Part shown: positions 58,401 to 64,000 of the stretch, piece after piece | Position numbering within the stretch: the first letter of the stretch is position 1 | How the letters are laid out: each line of letters starts with the position of its first letter | Source: an uncultured Pseudomonadales bacterium | GTDB taxonomy: Bacteria > Patescibacteriota > Microgenomatia > UBA1400 > PJMF01 | Direction of reading: 5' to 3' | Length of the DNA: 64,000 bases | NCBI GenBank assembly: GCA_964406075.1 | Contig: CAYOQI010000004.1 | Span: 57,718-121,717, forward strand | Program-made: the position numbers and the translations under genes | The notes under the pieces: model-generated | Databases searched by the model: none | What the model saw: the letters and a program-made list of their open reading frames with translations, nothing else | What the model was told of the DNA's origin: nothing

Positions 58401-59968
58401 CTGGTCGAATAGATACTGTGCAAGTGTATGGTGCAGAGCTTACAGCAGATCAAGTAAAAATTGTCATGAATGCGAACTCCGGTGTCAACTTCTCTACGGG
58501 TAGAGTTGAAACTGATCAGTCTATTGATGGAACACCATCAAACATAGCTGGATATTGGAATCTGAACGAGAACACAGGGACAACAGTGAATGATACATCT
58601 GGTAATGCAAACGCATTAACGATGAGTGGTGTGTCTGCTAGCTCTTGGGTACCTGCCAAATACGGATCAGGCTTGTACTTCGATGGAGCTGATGATTATC
58701 TCTCTATTGCTGATGATGCTGATTTTGATTTTGCTGCAGTTGATAGTTTTACTATTTCTGCCTGGGCAAAAAACTCTGGCTCACTTGCTTCAAGTCAACA
58801 TATTTTCGTCAAAGGTGACACCACTGATGGGGGCTGGAAACTCTACTTAAATACTGCCGGAAATTACTGTGTCCATTTTGCAGACAACATTAATAATGCC
58901 CCGACTGACTCAGCGTGTTCTTCATCAGGAGGATATGACTACAATGACAATCAATGGCATCACATTACTGCAGTGAAAGTAGCTAACTCTGAACTGCATC
59001 TCTATATTGATGGTGTGCTGGTAGCCTCTGATACAGCATTTTCATACTCCGGAACACTTGCAAACACTGGATCCTTATTGGTGGGCATAGGACAAAGTAC
59101 TACTACAGAAGAATTCACAGGTATCTTGGATGAATTAAAAATTTCGAGAACACCACTTACTGCCTCCCAAGTAGCTTTTGAATACAATCGTGGCCGTTCA
59201 CTAGCCTGGTGGAAATTTGATGACTGTACTGGAACTACTGCATACAATGCTGCCCAAAACGGTAACGGCGATGCGATTGGAAGTAATGGCACCATTACCA
59301 TAGGTGCAACCGGTTCCAACACATCCGCAGGTTCTTGTAATGTCGTGAACACCGCCACAGCTTGGTACAACGGGTTGGTCGGTAAATTTAATAACTCCAT
59401 TGATTTCGATGGCACTGATGATTATGTTTCTGTCGCAGATACAGAGATACTTCGACCAGAGGCAGGTAGCTGGTCCGTATCCTTGTGGGCAAACCCTGCA
59501 AATATCAATCAAAATTCTCCACTTATTACCAAGCGCCTAAACAGTGGGAATTTTGAACAATGGTCACTCTATATCTGTGGAAACATTGGATGTAGTACCG
59601 ATGGACAGCAAGTGCGCTTTGCTTTTGTTGAGGCCGATGGAACTACTGATCGCAAAGCACTCAGCACTCTAGACGTTGTTGATGGCAACTGGCATCATTA
59701 CGTGGGCATAGCCAGTAAAGACGATGACTCCATTATTTTATACAGGGACACAATAGAGCTAACTTCAACTTCTACAACAAATGGTTCCTGGCCTACTGTC
59801 AATAATACTGATCCTGTCCGCATCGCAAACGACAATGGAAGTGTTTACTATAATGGTCAAATTGATGATGTGCAGGTTTTTAACTATACTTTGTCTCAGG
59901 AACAAGTTAAAAAATTGTATAATGAAGGCTCTAGTGCTCGGTTTGGACCAGAAAGTGGAACTCCTTAA
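52448..59968 (+). CDS. Giant (2506 aa) secreted or membrane-anchored protein built from at least 7 LamG / concanavalin A-like lectin (Laminin_G_3-type) domains.
   Basis: N-terminal signal anchor VVVLLLLLTLLLLPIVYSL. Repeated hallmarks appear about every 250 aa: YWKLDEGTGTAVHDSSATGANGT, FWKMDEGQGTAINDSTGNKNDGT, YWKLDENTGISAYDSSGNASTGT, NWKFDEGNGTTANN, YWNLNENTGTTVNDTSGNANA, WWKFDDCTGTTAYN, each followed by ...LDEVRIYNRALAPAEI / IDEVKIYNYVRTPGQM / LDELKISRTPLTASQV. Confidence 0.85.
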   Translation: MFSFRRRPLSSVSRKRSPKVVVLLLLLTLLLLPIVYSLITRPNQGTAAPLNATEDSTSITITSPGKYRAVIQKGDTTDYILFYDLAEDAGNPDPTHEFKGPCVLETNTYCLRDDSNRMTTLIEVTDTVVKVRVMGRFNNEASTDYLDDDTPLYFPEVIENYAFTRDGVSVMNRTDFATGTGVTFDADSGHNGYDWLGVYSDVTDGAYDDTANNNYGDGATEAQISADGEFSNTNSYFHMPGTGSSTYQDAFVGIHRDGWYSDLNSSGVHEWNWDEAESGTQDLITAQEQNYNSSRRHEAKWYFLLKSESDLDTEAEREALNNEMINADILSYTVGETSYEMPVTATAINFDADTDYVNVPDNSAYDFGDTADYSVEAWMMRNGNPISGDNPIVSKRLCCGASGWEFQIRLSSARMRLQMTDGTDTYDLEGSTVLSDQTWYHVAAVFDQDNASNSIIYINGVAETMTRTGTIGNLGSMASTAGLGFGVGEPGIGNYNSFSGRIAEVRIWDDVRTAAEIRENMFRQIDPASANLVGYWKLDEGTGTAVHDSSATGANGTIVGGATWDSVNERKADHFNEFEFAHTLQSTAQNAQYDIDAGASNVSTTANGAISDNATTVTVTSTTGFASSGIAYIDGDKFSYTGTTATTFTGVPSSGEHSVIAHVTGSVVAQFTRSNTNFKVGGYQSTEKPAQITKEGISQKEGVDFSASVKPVTDGYFAQDLSFYADFASTTVDVGSNLTNSGCTLTQGGNDYTLGFITVCDGGSDDMTFTSTGNIDYAKGALEFSIAAFSTSADSTERTYFRITDGTDEFRFRKTSGNTLEFLIDEGASTYTESISSANYSWGFLDTVHIRLEWDDSASTTEDEMKIYINGRLPTSTDASGFTGANVSPGTTFRLGNSADSGGTHCNCLIDEFKIYDFNGSGDQVGLAKVGAGGGGGDYFYNPNNNLTLSFAPVDAGNRGEYLYLGADAKVNGYNFDLATNGVGSSLNLDWEYWNGVAWTSLESIVGFTDTTSNLTQSGTVYWTAPPTNWRPYAMNSKNEFYYIRASLNAASGTYTTSPVENRITTTTLYIRSDTTLNLEDQTFVIPTQFQPSVFWKMDEGQGTAINDSTGNKNDGTRLNAVWQTEDMCVSGKCLYFDGSGSPRDYLYRLNDDSFNFTASESFSISIWIKREPISTDPNVILAKHNSSGGGYKIRMENDGDISCGIDDDSTYTPDAEAISTLATYDDNQWHHIECVKDGTSSLSLYIDGILINTNSSISGVGSLVNTQPFYLGNGGDGLSDAFKGFMDEFKMYPYARTADEVKADAIAGAGNRGSSAVLGAQDTAFLNDGLAGYWSLDEGTANSCSGGTNDSCDKSGNNNDGAWQDNATSTRGKFSRGTIYDGTNDNVTITDPTSGTLDFGTGDFTVSTWVNFSAIANGSTLLGKNFTGSGAGYGMRIQTTSPTIWVGDGATTAELAHTAVLSNSAWYHVVGVRKNGTLYIYVNGVQGSSTASFTGNVSTTGNLYLGARGTGATANMAGSLDEVRIYNRALAPAEITTLYNWAPGPVGYWKLDENTGISAYDSSGNASTGTLTNSPTWTPGKFGSGVNLGGNSSNHYVSIADNDLYSPSLFAGATIQAWFNQDTATAARDWIVAKGNTSNFEWGLAVSNGVLYCEIWDSSGSSQAQVVAGVVSTGAWHFASCTMDNTNGVYLYLDGVLQGSSPGLTGGMSNTTSAVQIGNRADGGDNNFDGTIDEVKIYNYVRTPGQMLEDMNGTHPVGGSPVGSQILNWKFDEGNGTTANNEITGGTNGTLTSMATAPSTSSSGWTASGKFNKALVFDGTDDKVVIDTASDANVDFNASEQFSLSAWVYSTTVPTTATDEDLIIGKWDETSSQRAYRVFLENDDTDSTGHIRVEVMDESTGGNEILSAVTSNDTISQNTWYHVTMTFNGTITGAANSLKVYLDGKQLGTNAANASFVGIDDVTSDFTVGDYDATDSDGDLDGFTGRIDTVQVYGAELTADQVKIVMNANSGVNFSTGRVETDQSIDGTPSNIAGYWNLNENTGTTVNDTSGNANALTMSGVSASSWVPAKYGSGLYFDGADDYLSIADDADFDFAAVDSFTISAWAKNSGSLASSQHIFVKGDTTDGGWKLYLNTAGNYCVHFADNINNAPTDSACSSSGGYDYNDNQWHHITAVKVANSELHLYIDGVLVASDTAFSYSGTLANTGSLLVGIGQSTTTEEFTGILDELKISRTPLTASQVAFEYNRGRSLAWWKFDDCTGTTAYNAAQNGNGDAIGSNGTITIGATGSNTSAGSCNVVNTATAWYNGLVGKFNNSIDFDGTDDYVSVADTEILRPEAGSWSVSLWANPANINQNSPLITKRLNSGNFEQWSLYICGNIGCSTDGQQVRFAFVEADGTTDRKALSTLDVVDGNWHHYVGIASKDDDSIILYRDTIELTSTSTTNGSWPTVNNTDPVRIANDNGSVYYNGQIDDVQVFNYTLSQEQVKKLYNEGSSARFGPESGTP

Positions 59969-60142
59969 GCTTCTCTTCTTACGATCATTCAAGAAAGAAA
60001 CTCATTCAGTAAAACTTCAGTTTCCCTCTTACATTTTTCTCTCTATAAACAAGCTTTTTTTTATGAATTTTCTACTTGTATCTCATTGCAAAATACCGGT
60101 ACAATGACTACTTAATATAGTGAAGGTAACTTAATACGCACC

Positions 60143-62296
60143 ATGGCACAACCGTCCACTCGCCCACAATCACTTGATCTCATCATTCCCAAGCTCGTTG
60201 AATATATGCTGTATGGAGCAGTGATTTTAACTCCATTATTCTTTTTACCGTTTCTGCAAAATATTTTTGATACATCAAAGTATGCCCTGCTCTTGATAGT
60301 CACATTGATTTCACTTGGACTTTGGACGGTAAATACGTTGAGACATAAAGTATTACGATTTACTTTTCATCCTTTTACCTTTCCATTAATTCTTTTATCG
60401 TTCAGTATTTTAGTTTCTTCAGTATTGTCACCGGTGTATTTTCTTGAAGATTTTGCGGGAATTTTTGGACTCATCTTTTTCTTAAACTTACTTATTCTGT
60501 TTGGTTCAAGTTTAGTAAAAGTCAAACAAAGTAAAACATTTATTGATATGGCAAGTATTGGGGCCATTTTATTGAGCATCGTTTCTCTTCTCCAGCTCGC
60601 TGGAGTTGGACCAACAGTTGCATTAAATTCTTTACTGACCTTACAGTTTCCAAATACTTTTGCATTCTCTCCCGCTGGATCTCCATTGATTGGTTTATCT
60701 GCATTAGTAACCATCTTGGTACCAATGGTTGTGATGTTGGTTACTAATAAAGCATGGAAAGAAAAAATTCCGACAATGGTAGCTACTGCTATCGTCGCGA
60801 TCGGAGTACTTCTTCATGTCGGAGTAATGGTTGCAAAGCCTGAATTTCGACCTAACCTGCTTCCTTTATCAGCAAACTGGTTAATCTCCGTAGAAATTTT
60901 GAAGAACCTCCCCAGAGCCCTTTTTGGAGTTGGTCCTCAAAATTTTATGGATGCGTATGCTCAATTTCGACCAGTGAGCTTAAACAGTAATGACACATGG
61001 CAACTACTCTATCAATCAGGATCAAACACTCCATTCTTTATTTGGGTCAGTGTCGGGACTGTGGGATTGATTGCTTGGATCTTACTTTTTATTCAAAGTT
61101 TACTATTGCTCAAATCATCTCCAATATCCGCTCGCCCAGTTGGAATCATGGTCGTCACTGCTTTTATTATCGAGTTATTTATTCCGTTTAATATTGTCCT
61201 TGTCGCTCTACAAGCACTGGGTATGTTGTTCTGGATCGCGACACTCAGAGCTGAGCATCATCCCAAAAGTTCAGATATTGTCGTTAGCTTAAATGCCTTA
61301 AAAGTTACTCGCCCTGAAGACTACCCAACAGAAAAGAGAATGGGATCTTTGACATACATCACCACATTTTTTGTTCTGGTTGTAATCGCAGTCAGTACGT
61401 ACGGTCTCTTTAGAGTTATGGCCGGAGAGTTTTTCTTCTTCCAATCACTCCAAGCTGCTCAAGCTAGCGATGTCAAAAAACTGTATGAGATTCAACAAAA
61501 AGCCATTCAATACAATCCATATCGAGATATTTATCGCAGAACCTATGCCCAAACCAACTTTGCAGTGGCATTAAATTTGGCTCAAAAAGAAGGTATTACC
61601 GAAGAAGAAAAAGCCACACTTTCTAAATTACTTCAGCAAGCAATTCGAGAGGCTCGTATTGCCGCAAGTTTGAACCCTGCTCGCTCAGTCAATTGGAGAG
61701 TTTTAGGTGATATTTATCGAGGATTAATTGGTTCAACCAAGAATGCCGAACAGTGGTCAGTCGCATCATATGTCCAAGCCGTTCAAACTCATCCCAATGA
61801 CCCAACGTTGCGTGTTGATCTAGGTGGAATTTTCTTGAGAACCAAAAACCCTGATCAAGCAGCTCAATTGTTCCAACAAGCAGCACAGCTCAAACCAGAT
61901 TACGCCAATGCCTACTACAACTGGGCCCAAGCATTAATTTTACTCAATCGACCAGATACAGCTGTCTTAGCGTATGAGAAAGTTCTCACCTTACTTAAAC
62001 CTGATTCAGCCGATTACGTCAAAACTCAAAAGGAGTTAGTGGATTTGAGAGAAAAAGCCAAGGCCGCTGCAGCTGCTCAACCAAAACCACCTGCTACTCA
62101 AACCGCAACTGGATCAGCTACGACACCCACACCTCAACCAACACCAAGTAATACTCAACCTGAGGAAGCTGCCTTACCTGAGTCAGTCAAGCCATCACCA
62201 GGTTTGTTAGATCAAGAACCTGAAAATGTCCAGCTCGATCCTAATCAAGCCAGTCAATCAGCCACTCCCCAACCCAATCCAACTGCTGCTCCGTAA
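60143..62296 (+). CDS. Wzy_C / O-antigen ligase family polytopic membrane protein with a C-terminal TPR repeat domain and a Pro/Thr/Gln-rich tail; candidate O-oligosaccharyltransferase or polymerase.
   Basis: ~12 TM helices over the first ~410 aa. TPR-like helical repeats follow (YNPYRDIYRRTYAQTNFAVALNLAQ..., PDYANAYYNWAQALILLNRPDTAVLAYEKVL). The C-terminal low-complexity tail is PKPPATQTATGSATTPTPQPTPSNTQPEE. Confidence 0.7.
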   Translation: MAQPSTRPQSLDLIIPKLVEYMLYGAVILTPLFFLPFLQNIFDTSKYALLLIVTLISLGLWTVNTLRHKVLRFTFHPFTFPLILLSFSILVSSVLSPVYFLEDFAGIFGLIFFLNLLILFGSSLVKVKQSKTFIDMASIGAILLSIVSLLQLAGVGPTVALNSLLTLQFPNTFAFSPAGSPLIGLSALVTILVPMVVMLVTNKAWKEKIPTMVATAIVAIGVLLHVGVMVAKPEFRPNLLPLSANWLISVEILKNLPRALFGVGPQNFMDAYAQFRPVSLNSNDTWQLLYQSGSNTPFFIWVSVGTVGLIAWILLFIQSLLLLKSSPISARPVGIMVVTAFIIELFIPFNIVLVALQALGMLFWIATLRAEHHPKSSDIVVSLNALKVTRPEDYPTEKRMGSLTYITTFFVLVVIAVSTYGLFRVMAGEFFFFQSLQAAQASDVKKLYEIQQKAIQYNPYRDIYRRTYAQTNFAVALNLAQKEGITEEEKATLSKLLQQAIREARIAASLNPARSVNWRVLGDIYRGLIGSTKNAEQWSVASYVQAVQTHPNDPTLRVDLGGIFLRTKNPDQAAQLFQQAAQLKPDYANAYYNWAQALILLNRPDTAVLAYEKVLTLLKPDSADYVKTQKELVDLREKAKAAAAAQPKPPATQTATGSATTPTPQPTPSNTQPEEAALPESVKPSPGLLDQEPENVQLDPNQASQSATPQPNPTAAP

Positions 62297-62327
62297 AGAA
62301 AGAATAAATTAAAAATTGAAACAAAAA

Positions 62328-62352
62328 AGCTGACTAAAAGTCAGCTTTTTTT
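62328..62352 (+). terminator. Rho-independent terminator, bidirectional by symmetry (A-run / hairpin / T-run).
   Basis: AAAAA-AGCTGAC-TAAAA-GTCAGCT-TTTTTTT, a 7-bp stem. Confidence 0.65.
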
Positions 62353-62370
62353 ATGGTGGACCGTGGGGGA

Positions 62371-62392
62371 ACCTGCCTGCCGTCAGGCAGGT
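62371..62392. repeat. Copy B of the conserved palindromic element near tRNA genes, ACCTGCCTGCCGTCAGGCAGGT, ending 14 nt before the tRNA-Ala(CGC) 3' end.
   Basis: 30 of 30 positions match the 14133-14162 copy apart from one G-to-T substitution. Confidence 0.6.
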
Positions 62393-62405
62393 CGAACTCT
62401 CACTG

Positions 62406-62476
62406 TGGACTCACGGGGAATTGAACCCCGAACTATGCAATGCGAATGCATCGGTATACCGTTTACCTATGAGCCC
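62406..62476 (-). tRNA. tRNA-Ala(CGC).
   Basis: The reverse complement reads GGGCTCA-TA-GGTA-AACGGTA-TACC-G-ATGCA-TTCGCAT-TGCAT-AGTT-CGGGG-TTCAATT-CCCCG-TGAGTCC-A. It has the G3:U70 Ala identity pair and the anticodon CGC. Confidence 0.85.
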
Positions 62477-62518
62477 GAATGCTATGTACTACCACTATAC
62501 GAACGGCCCTCATTTCAA

Positions 62519-62755
62519 TTAAATCAGTCGCTTATTTCTAAAAGCAAATCCTGCTCCCGTTTTTAAATACTTTTCAAATTCTATTGCGAGTTTTTCTGAA
62601 GCAAAAGCGGAGTAGAAAATTAGTTTACATGGGAGAAAGTTTTTTGTTGCCTTAACTCTTCCCGAGCTATGCTCTTTCAAACGAGTTTTCAAATCAGAAG
62701 AATAACCAGTATATATTGTGTTATTTATTAGCTGAAGAAGATATGTGTAATACAC
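62519..62755 (-). CDS. Small GIY-YIG domain nuclease-superfamily protein (YhbQ/UPF0213-like), 78 aa.
   Basis: YYTYLLQLINNTIYTGYSSDLKTRLKEHSSG ... CKLIFYSAFASEKLAIEFEKYLK matches the GIY...YIG, Arg and Glu core of stand-alone GIY-YIG proteins. Confidence 0.7.
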   Translation of the reverse strand: MYYTYLLQLINNTIYTGYSSDLKTRLKEHSSGRVKATKNFLPCKLIFYSAFASEKLAIEFEKYLKTGAGFAFRNKRLI

Positions 62756-62825
62756 TTGAACCTTAAAGTCCTACTTCGCTAAAGCTACGCGGGACACACT
62801 TCGCATGACTTAAAATATCTCTTAC

Positions 62826-62848
62826 TATAAAAAGTGGCCTGCCACACG
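62826..62848 (-). terminator. Weak terminator immediately 3' of tRNA-Ala(GGC) (minus strand).
   Basis: On the minus strand GTGGC-AGG-CCAC is followed by TTTTTAT. Confidence 0.35.
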
Positions 62849-62878
62849 AAGCTCTGAGTGATAACGAAGAGCGAAGTG

Positions 62879-62949
62879 TGGACCCGAGGGGAATCGAACC
62901 CCTTTCTATTCCATGCCATGGAAGTATACTACCGGTGTACTACGGGCCC
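62879..62949 (-). tRNA. tRNA-Ala(GGC).
   Basis: Acceptor GGGCCCG/CGGGTCC with G3:U70. D-stem GTAC/GTAT. Anticodon loop ATGGCAT (U33-GGC-A37). T-arm AGGGG-TTCGATT-CCCCT. Length 71 nt. Confidence 0.8.
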
Positions 62950-63070
62950 CTAAAATAACTTTTCAACTTCTCCTCCCTGATGTATCGGGGAGAAAGCTGA
63001 GTTCTGTCATAACAGAACCAGCAGGTGGGGGTTTCAATTAAATCAATCTCAGAATTTTAACATACGCTTC

Positions 63071-64000
63071 TCAAGTTGAAAGGATTTGTTCCAAGCCTTG
63101 TTTGACTTGTTCAATTCCCTGTTGAGTGGCACCACTCCAAAATACAAGATTTTTCTTTTCTTTTTTAAATTTTGCCTCGACTTTTTTCTGAAGATCAGGT
63201 GAGTACAAATCAATTTTATTGATACTGATCAAAGACGGTAGGTTAACTAGATCTGGATTGTAATTCTTCAGTTCATCGAGCAACTTGTGATAATCATCAA
63301 AAATCTGTTGAGCCTGATCAGCTACTGATGCATCGAGATCTTGAACGAACAGGACATATAACAACACTCTACAACGCTCAACGTGACGAAGGAATTGAAT
63401 TCCTAATCCCTTGCCTTCACTTGCTCCTTCAATCAAGCCTGGAATATCTGCGATCACTACTTCTTTCCCATATAAAGAAAGCACACCTAAATTAGGAGAT
63501 AGGGTTGTAAAAGGATAATTCGCTATTTTTGGATTAGCTCGAGTGACAAGAGAAAGAAAAGTTGATTTCCCGGCATTGGGAAATCCAACTAAACCAACAT
63601 CAGCTAGAAGTTTTAACTCGAAATATACTTCGAGACTTTTACCTGGAGTACCTTTTTGAGCATACATTGGTGTAGTGTTGGTAGAGCTTTTGAAACGATC
63701 ATTCCCTTTTCCGCCATGCCCACCTTTAGCAACTAACTCTTCTTGACCATCAGCTAAAATTTCGACCACTTTTGTCTTTTGAATATCTTTGAGTCGAATA
63801 TCTTTCAGTTCTTTCTGGCGGGAAATAAACACTTCTTCAATATCATCCACTTCATCCTGCTTTAAATTTGCTTGAACTTTCTTTTTTGAATCCGAAACTT
63901 CGGATTGCATCTCCCAGACTACAGTACCAATTGGTACATCAATATACAGATCTTCACCTTTTTTTCCAAAGCTTTTATCTTTCCCACCCACTTGGCCATT
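63071..64000 (-). CDS. obg: GTPase Obg (partial; the N-terminus lies beyond the window edge).
   Basis: G1 GFPNAGKSTFLSLVT, then NYPFTTLSPNLGV, DIPGLIEGA and NKIDL. The N-terminal Gly-rich Obg fold (GGKGG...) runs off the window at 64000. Confidence 0.85.
   Translation of the reverse strand, partial: NGQVGGKDKSFGKKGEDLYIDVPIGTVVWEMQSEVSDSKKKVQANLKQDEVDDIEEVFISRQKELKDIRLKDIQKTKVVEILADGQEELVAKGGHGGKGNDRFKSSTNTTPMYAQKGTPGKSLEVYFELKLLADVGLVGFPNAGKSTFLSLVTRANPKIANYPFTTLSPNLGVLSLYGKEVVIADIPGLIEGASEGKGLGIQFLRHVERCRVLLYVLFVQDLDASVADQAQQIFDDYHKLLDELKNYNPDLVNLPSLISINKIDLYSPDLQKKVEAKFKKEKKNLVFWSGATQQGIEQVKQGLEQILST

Noticed and set aside
62756-62878. A structured ncRNA (e.g. tmRNA or RNase P) in the inverted-repeat-containing spacer between the GIY-YIG gene and tRNA-Ala(GGC).
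   Set aside because: No conserved tmRNA or RNase P motifs are recognisable. The inverted repeat plus T-run is adequately explained as a tRNA 3' terminator or processing hairpin.

Overview
This is an AT-rich, gene-dense bacterial window, and only the first ~1.7 kb is visibly GC-richer. The standard genetic code is in use, since TGA acts as a stop. The gene content is housekeeping (argS, leuS, ndk, gpmI, atpFHAGDC, obg partial, an M16 peptidase, an AlkA-like glycosylase, four minus-strand tRNAs) mixed with a large cell-surface and DNA-uptake accessory repertoire. The overall style (split ComEC, type-IV pseudopilins, giant surface proteins, many Wzy_C/O-antigen-ligase-like proteins) suggests a Patescibacteria/CPR-like or similarly reduced bacterium; this is inference only. 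Accessory content: (i) a glycosylation cassette (GT-C-like membrane protein, DPM1-like GT2, GT4, Wzx-like flippase); (ii) a sortase, a TraD/VirD4-like P-loop ATPase, and an operon of four prepilin-type (pseudo)pilins, one carrying a vWA domain; (iii) comEA, a ComEC channel and a separately encoded ComEC-type MBL domain protein; (iv) a 5133-aa ORF with an N-terminal MerR/excisionase-type HTH, one TM helix, then ~4900 aa of Thr/Gly/Asp-rich repeat modules (with long exact DNA repeats) and a distinct C-terminal domain; (v) a 2506-aa multi-LamG (concanavalin-like) repeat protein; (vi) a Wzy_C+TPR protein, a plausible O-oligosaccharyltransferase. No CRISPR array, transposase or integrase was seen. 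The HTH-anchored giant protein locus (36.7-62.3 kb) and the sortase/ATPase/pseudopilin/competence neighbourhood (8-25 kb) are the most unusual parts.
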